Shown in pieces: positions 24,064 through 35,677 of a DNA stretch of 64,000 nucleotides (position 1 is the first letter of the stretch; every line of letters starts with the position of its first letter). The notes under the pieces are model-generated. The model was not told the origin of the DNA. It saw only the letters and a list, made by a program, of their open reading frames with translations, and ran no database searches. Both the position numbers and the translations under genes were made by a program. This DNA is from Dipteris shenzhenensis (lineage: Eukaryota). The stretch is taken from the NCBI GenBank assembly GCA_047967505.1, contig CM106538.1, one strand, 5' to 3'.

Positions 24064-27000
24064 CTAGGTTCTTCTTGATGCCAATTGTAAAACCTCTTTG
24101 TATACAACATTTGTGGTACAACTCATTTCAGCATCCTCATCACTAACCCAATCCACACTCTCTGGAAGGAATACTTTGACTGCATTTGATGATCGGACAC
24201 GCGAGAAAGCCACGTATAATTGCCCGTGACTAAACACCGGTGTCGCCAAGTATAAGCCTAGGATAGACATTGTTTGGCCCTGTGCCTTGTTTATCGTCAT
24301 GCCAAATGCTAGCCGAACAGGAAATTGCCTTCTTCTCATATTGAATGGAAGTTTCAAGTTACTGGGAATGAAAGTTACTCTTGGAATGAACATCCTATCT
24401 CCAGCATTGGTACCAGTGATAATCTCAACTTCCAATACCTTCGTGTGGAACTCTTTGCATATCAGCCGAGTCCCATTGCATAATCCCTGTCGAGGATTTA
24501 GATTGCGCAACAAAATGAGGGGAGCATTTTGTTTCAAAACCAGCCGATGAGGTGGGTATCCACCACCAAGATCGAGCGTGTTAAGATACTCTACTGCATA
24601 CAAAAAAGAATCTCCACATGAGCTCTCTACTGAGTCTGCACTTAGATACTCCTTTTCCTCGCCGGGCATTGCCTTTAGTGCAGTAGCATTGACTGCATCA
24701 ACTTCAAGGTTTCGAGGTGCGAGAATAGCGCGGTCTCGAAAATACGATGCATAATCCACAACCCTTGCAAGTCCTGTATACACCCACTCAATCAGACCTT
24801 CCATAGAGTTTGTCCTTAAAAGCATCTTTGATGGGATTGCAACAGTGTCTTCTCTTATATGCCTGCTAGTTCCATTTCCAATATCTAACACCCATTGTAT
24901 GAATTCCTGCTCTATTGAATTATCACCTTCCTGAATAACCCGCATATTCTGTACCAGCTTCAATACCTTGATGCATCTCCAAATCCTTGAGTGGCACAAT
25001 GTAGAATTGACAATATCTTCTCGTCTTGCCTTGGGAATAACTGGCAAGACCTGCCTAAAATCCCCCCCTAACAACACCACCTTTCCACCAAACAGTTGGT
25101 CATTTGACATGATATCTTGCAGCGTCCTATCCAGTGCCTCAAATGCGAATCGATGAGTCATAGGTGCCTCATCCCATATTATCAACTTTGCTATCTTCAG
25201 AACATCTGCAAGATGACTGTTAACCTTTATATTGCAACTGCTGGTGGCATCCAAATCCAGTGGTATCTTGAACCGCGAGTGTGCTGTGCGTCCATTACTT
25301 AGTAACAACGCTGCAATCCCAGAAGAAGCGCATGCTAAAGCGACATGCCCCTCCCCACGCAACCTAGAAAGCAAACAATTGTATAGGAAAGTCTTTCCAG
25401 ATCCTCCTGGACCATCAAGAAAAAATATCGCACCAACATTTGCATAGACTGCTGTCAGAATCTGATCGAAGGCAGTCCGCTGGCAATGATTTAAGGTACT
25501 TTCCATCTGTTGACCAAGTCGTGCCTCACTCTCAAAATCAAACATTCTTTCTTCTTGCAATAGAGCATTTGTAGCTGCCAATACACATGATCTATCCAAG
25601 GTAGGCAATCCATCAAACTCTACCAACCTTCTCCCATGTTGTTGGAGAATATGCTCCAAGTGCCATAGAGCCTCCTTCCGTGCCAATCCACGACGGTCAA
25701 CCATACTTGATTCGAACGCATGGAAGAAATCATCCGATAGATCGTCTGAGAATCTTTCCCACAAAATTCCTGGAGATGTTGGCTCACAAAAAATCAAAAT
25801 TGCAACAAAAAGGTGCCTCAACTGTGTGCTATTTTGATGTAAAACGGCCTCTTGCATGCAGATAAACCATTCCTCATCACTTTCCAATAACCCTCTAGCT
25901 ATACATGCTGCCTTGAAAGTAGGGTAAACTTGCCCATCAAAAGTGCGCAAGTCATCAAAACACTTACAACCCTTGCAAACGTTAAGTAGCATACGCATGA
26001 AATATAATTCACCAGCAGATGGAGAAATGTTATACATCCGACCAATGCTATTGCCCTGCCTTCTTCTAGACCACTTTTTATTGGATTTGTTCCAAACCAT
26101 CTCGCATGGAAAGTCACTGTAAAGCAAATTATCTGCATCATGTTGCAATCGGTTGTAAGTGAACCATTCCGTGAGGCTGGTCTTTCTGTTCTGTTCCCTA
26201 TCGACCACATTGTGCAAATCATCATCATCTCTGAATATCACATTATTCAACATCGGAAGATGGACTTGCAACCTTTGTACATCTGGCTTTTCATCATGCA
26301 TATCATACTCATAAATGCGCCAGCATGCTTCTGATGCTGATACATAACGTGAATCTAGGTAATAGTTTATCTCATCAATTCCACAATCAACTGGGTTGTG
26401 TAGTTGTCCTTGTCCTTCCACACGATTTATCTGCATCCTGACGGTTGCTCTGTCATGTCCCTTATACACGTATTTATATAAATACTTGACTGCAGTAATT
26501 GTGGAACAAATTTCAACGTTGATATGTGCCTTGTACTTCATAGAGAGGAAAGGATTGAATGGCACAATCCAACGATTATCCACTATACCCTCTTTCACCC
26601 GTATCTTTCTACCATCATCTCGACGCATGTAGATAGGGTAACCATCGTTACCCACCACAGTAGACTGAGAGAAGGGACGTGGATAGTGACGACTACATTT
26701 GCCATCAAACATGCAAGGAGCAGAGACATTAAGTACACCACATGGGCCATGAACATTGCATTGTGCAATAATCTCATGCAACTCAGGGAAAAGGGTTTTA
26801 TCTGGAACTTCTGCACATACCAATTGATCATAGTGACCAACCTGAGTAGGTTTGAATGCACCTTCCAAAATCAATAGTATGTGTGAGTGCGGAAGACCTC
26901 TCTTTTGAAACTCAATCACACATACGTACCCAGCAACTTTTCCAAACAAATCATGCTTTATAATCGACTGCATCAGATCCTTGTGTTTTTGATAAAATAC

Positions 27001-27333
27001 ACGGGTTGTCAAATCCGGGCGATCTTGTGCTCTTTGACCTGGCAATAATCCTTCAGATATTTCTGACCATTTTGGGTTGCAGGTGAAGGTAATAAACAAA
27101 TCTGGTTTACCCTTTTTTCTCACAATTGCCATTGCATCCTGGTATAACTGGCACATATACCGCGGTCCTCCTGTAAAAGAGGATGGCAACACAACTCTAC
27201 GTCCGACAGCATTGCCCAATACATTATGGACCGCATCAGTTGCGTTTAGCATGTCCATCAATCCTTGATAAACTTCTGCACGTAAAGAAGATTGATTGTT
27301 ACGTATCCATACTCCCATTCTTCCACTAGCCAT
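24064..27333 (-). CDS. Helitron RepHel (HUH Rep + Pif1-family helicase), 1089 aa, native N-terminus missing
   Basis: Rep motifs PDLFITFTCNPKW, EFQKRGLPHSH, KYLYKYVYKG; helicase motifs GPGGSGKT, IWDEAPM, GGDFRQVLPV, RRQFPVRLAFGMTINKAQGQT, HGQLYVAFSRV. No internal stop. The ATG lies in adjacent CACTA-derived sequence. Confidence 0.93.
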   Translation of the reverse strand: MASGRMGVWIRNNQSSLRAEVYQGLMDMLNATDAVHNVLGNAVGRRVVLPSSFTGGPRYMCQLYQDAMAIVRKKGKPDLFITFTCNPKWSEISEGLLPGQRAQDRPDLTTRVFYQKHKDLMQSIIKHDLFGKVAGYVCVIEFQKRGLPHSHILLILEGAFKPTQVGHYDQLVCAEVPDKTLFPELHEIIAQCNVHGPCGVLNVSAPCMFDGKCSRHYPRPFSQSTVVGNDGYPIYMRRDDGRKIRVKEGIVDNRWIVPFNPFLSMKYKAHINVEICSTITAVKYLYKYVYKGHDRATVRMQINRVEGQGQLHNPVDCGIDEINYYLDSRYVSASEACWRIYEYDMHDEKPDVQRLQVHLPMLNNVIFRDDDDLHNVVDREQNRKTSLTEWFTYNRLQHDADNLLYSDFPCEMVWNKSNKKWSRRRQGNSIGRMYNISPSAGELYFMRMLLNVCKGCKCFDDLRTFDGQVYPTFKAACIARGLLESDEEWFICMQEAVLHQNSTQLRHLFVAILIFCEPTSPGILWERFSDDLSDDFFHAFESSMVDRRGLARKEALWHLEHILQQHGRRLVEFDGLPTLDRSCVLAATNALLQEERMFDFESEARLGQQMESTLNHCQRTAFDQILTAVYANVGAIFFLDGPGGSGKTFLYNCLLSRLRGEGHVALACASSGIAALLLSNGRTAHSRFKIPLDLDATSSCNIKVNSHLADVLKIAKLIIWDEAPMTHRFAFEALDRTLQDIMSNDQLFGGKVVLLGGDFRQVLPVIPKARREDIVNSTLCHSRIWRCIKVLKLVQNMRVIQEGDNSIEQEFIQWVLDIGNGTSRHIREDTVAIPSKMLLRTNSMEGLIEWVYTGLARVVDYASYFRDRAILAPRNLEVDAVNATALKAMPGEEKEYLSADSVESSCGDSFLYAVEYLNTLDLGGGYPPHRLVLKQNAPLILLRNLNPRQGLCNGTRLICKEFHTKVLEVEIITGTNAGDRMFIPRVTFIPSNLKLPFNMRRRQFPVRLAFGMTINKAQGQTMSILGLYLATPVFSHGQLYVAFSRVRSSNAVKVFLPESVDWVSDEDAEMSCTTNVVYKEVLQLASRRT

Positions 27334-28567
27334 ACACTGTAAGAGGTGCTTTTGAGACCAAATGGGTTCACACCGTCCATACCCAATCCAAGTCTCAAGC
27401 TCCTAGGTTCTTCCTTGAAGCTTGGCCATGTGTCTTCAATATGCTTCCATGCAGGAGAGTCTACAGGAGTTCTCCACTTGCCATCGGTTGATCGATGGGA
27501 GGAATGCCATGACATGGGCTCTACAATGGATTTGCACTTGAACATATGTTGGATGCGAGGGATTATGGGAAAATGTCGCAGAACCTTATGAGGCAGATCC
27601 AAAGTTTTGAGATCTACTCTATATCTTGCCTCTCCATAAGTAGGGCACTCTCTTGCATCCTTATGTAGTCCACGAAACAAAACGCAATTGTTGATGCATG
27701 CATGGATGCGCTTGTAATCTAATCCTCCAAGAGAGGTCACATGTTGCCATATCTCTTGAGGTCGGTAATTTATTCTCCCTTGGAAGCATTTTACACAATA
27801 GCCCACACATGAAGACCATAAATGAGGAAAAGCATTCGAGTAATTGACCCACTAGCATAATTCACCATGTTTGCAAAATATACTTTAAAGCTTACTTGAG
27901 TAATGCATTCAAACTTGCATTGCTCCATCCATAGATGGTTTGCAAGTTTAGTAACTCAAGGGAGGCACGTGGAACAAAGAATGTGCACCCCTCAAACAGT
28001 GGAGTCGATGTTGCCATAAAAAGATCATCCTGCTCCATGCTATCATCCCTCCCTTTGGATTGATGGACATATAAATCCGGCACCATATCATCAAACACCT
28101 CCTCCTCCATGGCTTCATGAGGTAATGGCAGAGGGCTACTATCACCATCACTCCATGCATCTGTAACGGTCCCTCCTGAAGATCCCACCTCATATTGCCG
28201 ATGCCCACCTCATATTGCCGATGCTTCGCCTCCTCATGGTGAGCATAGGGCAACATATGCCGGTGTGGCACTACATCATGTATCAAATTAAAATGGGATC
28301 ATAACTAAAACATATGAACACCCATAGGTATCTCAATCAACCTTAACTCTTTAACACTTACCATGTTTATAGTCGCATCCCATTCTCCATACTTTGAGAT
28401 GTGATTGAGTATAATCCTACGCACACGATACATGTTTCCTCAACATCGATCACACATACATTTGATTTTTTGCTCCAACCACATTTCGCGATGGTGGATA
28501 TAGAGGGATTCATCCTCACTGGAGCTACTTGTTGAAGATGAAGCCATCCTACAAACAAACAACCCAA
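27330..28567 (-). pseudogene. CACTA TnpD N-terminal part (Transposase_21-like), decayed
   Basis: YKRIHACINNCVLFRG, KVLRHFPIIPRIQHMF, DSPAWKHI, LRLGLGMDGVNPF; upstream CxC.RC zinc motif in a shifted frame. Confidence 0.88.
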
Positions 28568-28949
28568 AAAAATTTGCTTTCCTTCAAATATTTAATTTTA
28601 AAGCACTATGGTGTGTCTAAAGGCGCACCTAAAACCACGTCTATCTATTTTTTGGTGTGCATATATAGGTGCGCCTAAAACCATGTCTGCTCAGTGTATT
28701 TAGATGCGCAATTACATGCATATTTAGACGCGTGTATAGATGTGCCATTAGACGTGCTTATAGATGCGGTTTTCAAATCTACTTTTAGCATGCTTGCTTT
28801 GCTTTTCTTCACATAAGCTTCACGCAGCTTGCTTGCTTTGCTATTAACAGATCCACAGTCCGACACTTAAGAGGAAGGCAACCACACTTACTTCCACAAG
28901 CTTACACTTAAGAGGAAGGCACCCACACTTACTTCTAGGCTTACAGGAG

Positions 28950-30775
28950 AAGAGGGTGAACAAGGAAGAGAAGCAACTTTGAAGAAGGACAAGAAGCTTC
29001 CATACCTCTATCCAAGGTAAGTCTCTTTATGGTTGATCTTCTTTGGAAGTTGCTCTCTTTGGATTCATCCTTTGTCGTATCCAAGAAACGAATGAGTTAC
29101 GCTTTTGTGTTGGGTGCATGTCCTTTTCCACTTTTTAGAATAGTCCATCTGTCGGAGCGCATCTATAGACGCGTCTTATAGCACGTCTAAAACCGCATCT
29201 ATAAGTGCATCTATAGACATGTCTAGTCTATTTTCAGACACAGATAGCCGTGTCTATAGATGCGCTATTATACGCAAAAATAGACACGCTTCTTAAACAC
29301 GTCTATAGATGCACTCTGATAGTTTTAGACCCTTCCCTTCCCTTCCCTTCCCTTCTCATCCCTTCCCTTCCCTTCTCTTCTCTTCCCTTCCCTTTCCTTT
29401 CCTTTCCTTTCTCTTTCCTCTTCCCTTTCCCTTTCCACTTCCACTTACAAGAAAAGGATTTGCCTCTCTTTTCTTCTCTTTTTCCTATATTTGCCTCTCT
29501 TTTATCCCTCTCTTTTCATGGTAATTTTTCTCTCTTTTTCTCTTCTCAGCTCATCAGTAATCTTCTTTTTTTCTTTTTTCCAGTTCATCATGTGGCTAGG
29601 AAGCTCTTCAGGCTCACCTAATCTCTGGGAGACCATTTTTGGGGAGTTATATAACCTTTTAGGGCACCCTCCCAGTCCAAGGGAGTTATACGGCTACATG
29701 ATGGGTACTCTAAACACCCCCTAGGAGTCAGCACTACAGACTCCAAACCACCCCAACCCCACACCAGCTGAGATTACCCCAGCGGAGTAAGCATGGCCCA
29801 GCTGGCTACATAGCCGAGCCCCTTTCCTAAGGCTGTCTTATGCCCCTTCCCCCATGACGTCTTATGCCCCTTCCCCCATGCTGTCAGGAGGTCCTTTTGT
29901 CTTGCAGAGCCGTCGGCGTACTCCTGTGCACTCGAGTTTGCACTCGAGACTTGGTTCTCCAGCTACGAGTGTCCATGTAGTCCTGTGCAATCTGCAGCTA
30001 TGAGGTTGGCTGATGAGACCCTCGCTGCTGTTTGCTTTAGGTATCCTAACCCCCCCAATCTTTAGTTCACAGATAAATGGGCCAAGTCGAGGCCAAGTCA
30101 AACTTGATTGTTACAATACTTGGCAATAAAAGATCTTCTCTTAAGAGGCAGGCACTAGCGGAGCTTGCTAGGCTTGAGGGAGGTCAACCACTAGGGGCCC
30201 TGCCCCACACCGCTCACAAGCGTGAGTGGAAGAAAGCAATGAAGTCAATGAGGGAGGAACCCAGTCTACAACATGGGAGGCATGAAGGATCCAAATGGAG
30301 CAATATGGAAGCATGCATTTTGGAGCAGGGGGTGTTGAATCATGGGAGGCCTAATTTGTAAGTATCAATCTCAAATTATATTGTTTATGTAGTTTATTAG
30401 GAGGTTGTTTCTTTGTACTAACCCATCCGTAAATTGTGTCGTCTTGCAGCTTGATATCGTGGGCAGATACCCTACTCCTGTCGAGAGAGCCTACCACCGC
30501 CACCATCACAGAGGAGATACATGGAAGCACTTCTATCATGACAGGTTGATTATTGAGGAGCAGTATATCCGAGCTACTGGAGCGCCCCCTGAGGTATTTG
30601 AAAGTAATTAAATAATGTCAATATTATAAGTAAAGATTTAATTTTTCATACATTGATATATGTTGTCCCTTGTTTACAGGCCCCTGCACAAGAAGACGAG
30701 GAAGGAGGTGGAGAAGGGAGTGCAGAAGAAAGCATAGAAGGGAGCATGGAAGGGAGTGAGGACATGGAGAACTTA
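28950..30775 (+). pseudogene. Spliced TnpA-like second gene of the CACAA element, oriented opposite to TnpD
   Basis: Exon-like blocks with GT-AG borders: MWLGSSS...LGHPPSPRELY, MEQYG..HFGAGGVESWEA.F|LDIVGRYPTPVE and an acidic last exon. Blocks recur at 47330-47760, 48720-49340 and 52170-53400. TnpA identity is inferred from loose motif similarity only. Confidence 0.5.
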
Positions 30776-32880
30776 GATCGATTAGTCGTAGAAGTAGTGC
30801 AAGCTACTCTTTTCTGTACTTAAAGCCACTGGCTTGGCTTCATGCCTCTTGTATATACACTCCTCTTATTTTTTGTACTTGAAGCCATATGATGTGGCTT
30901 AGCTTCGTGCTATATGTACATACAAGCACTTTTTGAGCTTTCAATTTTCTTGTGCAACATTCTATCAATTAATGCCTTGTGAACTAAATGTTTTGGAGTT
31001 GTAATGTTTTATTTGGAATTGTAATTGTTGGCTATAGACGTGCTTCCAAGAGTGCTAATTAAAATGCGGTTGGCTGTAAGAATTGAATTACACAATGTGG
31101 AAATGGGATTCCTGTAACTACATAGCATACACAACATACACATCATTCTATAAATTTAAAAAATATTATGTAGCACGTCTATCAGTGCATCTATAAATGC
31201 ATCTATATGTGTGTCTATCTATTCGAGGAGCATCTATTCGTGCGTCTATAAAAGCATCTATAAGACCGTTTATAAATGTGTCTATACATGCGTTTAACGA
31301 TGCGTCTGTCTGTTTTTTAAATTTTCTAGCAGAGCATCTATTTACGTGTCTATATGCACGTCTATATGCACGTCTGTCTGCAATATAGATGTGCCGTTAG
31401 ACGCGGGTCTTTAGACACGTAAATAGACATGCTCGTAAGTTTTTTTTTAGGTTCAATAAATGCGTCTGTGTGCGCGTTTGTAGGTGCTTTGTCTTGTTGT
31501 GAAATCTATCAAAATTTCCCAAAAGTGTTTTAAATACTCCCTTATCTAAATTAACTTCTGTTAAATTTAGATATTAAAAACATCCTTCTGTTGAACTCAC
31601 GTGATAGGGTTACGTATGATGAGTGACCCCCCTGAGAAGTGATGCAAATGACAAAGACAAGTTTGTGAGTTACTATGTTGGGAAACACATTATGTTGAGA
31701 AAGTACATGATTTGAATGTGTGAGTCTCCAATGGGTATAATACTTTGCACAGGCTTCAATATCACCTACTTTAAGGCCTTTTCAAACAACTATGCCCATC
31801 AAATATTGTTCTCCATGGTTAGGGACACATTTTTCCTTCTCTTTCACCCCCCGTCATGCACAAGTGCCGAAAGACACACATTAAGGTGTCTCATTCAAAC
31901 TTGAGAGATTGCATATTGAAATGCTTGGGAAACATGATATGTTATGAAAACATGCAAGATGCTCTATATTGCTATATTCCATGTTGCAATGCTCTTCAAG
32001 TGACTATGCCTGTGAAACAAGAGATGCAAAAGTTATGTTGAGTTCAATAAGAGATGCAAAAGTTATGATGAGTTCAATTCAGTATGTATCTTTTCTGTGC
32101 ATTTGAAAATGATTGAACAACGTCCATCTCAATGTCAAGGTAAAAAGGCTAAAAGCACACAGAGCTCATACAACATAGGAATCATTTATGGTGAAAAAGA
32201 CTAGCAACCCTCTTTAGAAGCTCTTGTCTACAAAGCACGCTTCCACACACAAAATTCACATCAATTTTGAAGGAGACACTCCTAGATTTGCTAATAATTA
32301 TGAAAATCTACAAACAATCAAATATCTTTGAAAAATCTAAGTCCATAAACAGCTTCGGCTGCCCAAGTTAAATCGTCATCCCTAGAAACATATCATATGT
32401 ACTAATGTCATCCAACGAAGGACAACTGGTAGAAGAAATCTTGGCTTTGTCTCAAACACAAGCAAATAGAGTAGGTATGAAATTAAAGAGTGATCTCACA
32501 ACCAAATGGTAGAAGAAATCTTGTCTTTGTCTCAAACACAAGCAAATAGAGGAGGTATGAAATTAAAGAGTCTCACAAACATTCAACATTGCCTTGCTCT
32601 TGCACCATCTAGCTCATTGGTTTGCAAAACCAAACAAGAAGAAAAAAGCCATCATCCAATACTTCAATCACCCATCTAAGTATTCCAGTGAAGAGCCGTG
32701 GCCAAAGAATACAAAGCTATCAAGCCCACATATTTTGACAAAAAGGAGTAAGCGTTAGAAGGGGAGTGTGCCAAGAAACTTTAGATGCACCATGAGAGAA
32801 TACGCCACAATATTTTGAATATGCCAAGAGGTCTCCAGCTACAAGGAAGCATACTAGATAGTAGGAAAGCAAGATGGGTT

Positions 32881-33037
32881 TGATACCATGTTGAGAGGAA
32901 GAGGAAGAGGAGAGAGAGATACAAGAGTTGCTCCCAAGGAAGTGCTTCTATTGGAGTTCTATTGACAGATCATTATAGGCATATATATAGTGGAGGGCTA
33001 AGTTGAGAGTTAGGGTGAGCTATCTATGGCTCTAACA
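32881..33037 (-). mobile_element. Short LTR with PBS remnant (duplicate of 17727-17883)
   Basis: Same sequence within duplication copy 2. Confidence 0.7.
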
Positions 33038-34479
33038 GTTGTGGATCCTGGGAGAATTCATAGTCTCGGATAACCCTTAAATAATAGGGTGACAGGGCAT
33101 GACATGGATGGCATGTGCAAGAGAAGTAAGTTTAGTGAAACTTCAATGAATGCAATAGCGAAAGTTGTCAAATGTTGGGAAAAACCTATGGCTGTGTTTT
33201 GCCTCCTTTGAATGTACACATGTCACTTACTGAAGTGCCCCCTAAACGAATGGATAAAAAAAGAAAAAGGTGAAATGGCTTGCTAGCAAGTTTCATGCAG
33301 TGGATTAAGAATTGGAATCACCTTTCATATGCTTATGCGCCCCATTGCAAGGTAGTGACTCTAAAATGAACCAATGCAAAATTACAAATAATGTGGGATT
33401 TATTAAAGAGCATTGCACATGTATGAACTTAGTTTTTTCTAGTGCATCCATTTATGGGCGAACTAAGTTACAAATTTGTGCATTTCTTCAAAAAAAAATC
33501 CTTTTTTACCAAATAAGGAAAATTTATTAAGCTTATCCTCAAAGGTATGTTTGTAATTGCAGCACTGTATTGGAGACCCCATAGACCATAGAAAAGGTTC
33601 TCAATTGACTCTCTCCTTCGGTTTGTAGGAAGCTCAAGTCATGCGCTTTCAAATAAAAAATTGCTTTCATATATATGTTGAACAATTATTTGATTTTCTA
33701 AAACTTTTTAGATATCCTATTCAAATTTGTGAAATTTCATTACGAAATGCATAAGTTATGAATTGATCAAGTTAGGCATATGCAATATATTCCCTGAACT
33801 TCACAAAAATGTTCTATACCCAATCATGCATTGGCCCTTCACTATATATAAGTCTATGTATCATGTGTGTTCAAAGCCTAATTTAAATGTTCCTTATTTG
33901 TTACATTTTTATCAATAAAATGCACCCTTTTTTAATTCAATATGTGAGTAACAATTTAAATGGTACCCTTTTGTAGGTGAAAAAATGTGCTAGTTTTAAA
34001 AAAAGTCCCTTGTATTGAACCCATGTGTAATGCTTTCATATTTGTGAGTGACCCCATTGGAGCAACTCCACTTTGCGTAGCACTTCTTGCATTCAGATGG
34101 GAATGTAAGGACATGATTCTAGGTGGGTGCCTTCTCCAATATAAGGTCCTCTTTTTGGATGGGTTTTTGAGTTCGTTCGTGGTCTCCTCATCTTTGTAGT
34201 TAGGCAACTATCGGCCTAGTTTTTTGGCCTTTTCCTGGGTTTTGGCCATGGGGATGGAGAGAAAGAGGGAGAGCATGTGAGACAAAGGGTGAGGTGGGGA
34301 TTAAGGGCAAGTGGAAGAAGGTGTGGGAGTGGAGAATTCTTAAAACCCAGAAATAAAAATGAGTATAGGGCCCAAAACCTTAAATTTAAAAAATGCTAGT
34401 TTTCAATTCTAAACTCCAAAACATAAAATCTACTCAATCTTGAACTAAAAACTTATAATTAAAATGCGTGCAACCCAAT

Positions 34480-35031
34480 TTTTTCCTTTTGTATTATAAT
34501 TCATAGCATGTATATACTGACGTTATTGTAGATCGCATAACTAAGAACTTGTTATTCAACAATAAAAAGATGGGTGAGCTTTTTACCTATGTTTCTTTGA
34601 GAATCCTAGCAAAATTACTCCACCTCTTGCAAGTGGGTGCAATTTTTTCCTTTTGTATTATAATTTATAGCATGTCTATATTGACATAATTGTAGATCAC
34701 ATAACTAAGAACAATAATTATGTCTATATTGACATAATTGTAGATCACATATTGTCTATATTGACATAATTGTTATTCAACAATAAAAACATGGGTGAGC
34801 TTTTGACCTATGTTTCTTTGAGAATCCTAGCAAAATAACTCCTTCACCTCTTGCAAGAGGGTGCAATTTTTTCCTTTTGTATTATAATTCATAGCATGTC
34901 TATACTAACGTAACTGTAGATCACATAACTAAGAACTTGTTATTCAATAATAAAAACATGGGTGAGCTTTTTACCTATGTTTCTTTGAGAATCCTAGCAA
35001 AATTACTCCTTCACCTCTTGCAAGTGGGTGC
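34480..35031. repeat. ~165-bp tandem repeat x3 (duplicate of 19326-19877)
   Basis: Same array in copy 2. Confidence 0.9.
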
Positions 35032-35677
35032 CAATACCACTTGTCGAGATACTAGCAATAGATAGAGTTTGTTAGAAAGTAAGCCTAGTGATTGGTGGGA
35101 GAAGCAAATGTGCCATTGGATTTGGAAACAATGGGCATCAAAATGCTAGTGTGGGGAAGGCTTGTATCTTTTTGTGTACTAAGGCCAACACAAGAAGTGC
35201 AAGTTCATAGGTCGGTGGGGAGACAGCTGGGTGACCTGGCATTGTTTTCTAGAAGTCTCATTGTGACCTGGGTGGTCGTCTGTGGTAGATGTGCTGCTAT
35301 ATGTACTATGAATGTGTGAGCGACGATAGAAGCAACTGTTACGCGTGGGTGTCGACCTTATGTAGATGGGATATATGGGGTACTGAGCAAATGTGAAATT
35401 GGTTGCAGAAAGGGCGTGGAATGCGTCACTCGTGACTATTGAGTGGTGACTATTGAGTGAGTAGTGAGAAAAACATGGGGTATCTAATAATAAGTGGGTA
35501 CCATGTGAGGCCATCATATAGGACGCAAGGGTCGATATAACGGACTGGAAGCCTTTAGGACTCAAAATTGTCATGCATGGCCTCTTTAAATGCGGTACCA
35601 ACTGAGGCGATCATATAGGACGAAAGGGTCGATATAAGGGACTCGAAGCCTTTAGGCATTTTTCAAAATCGTCCTGC

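Larger units (their letters stand above)
22020..27330 (-). mobile_element. Helitron, 5'-truncated, 3' end intact
   Basis: RepHel ORF plus a GC-rich hairpin ending 11 nt before a CTCG terminus that is followed by T. The terminus coincides with the end of homology between the duplicated copies. The 5' boundary is approximate. Confidence 0.92.

Noticed and set aside
24064-27333. Helentron/Helitron2 or host PIF1 gene
   Set aside because: The Rep motif is RGLPH rather than RGSPH, there is no C-terminal endonuclease, and a hairpin-type 3' end is present; the HUH Rep domain excludes a host PIF1.
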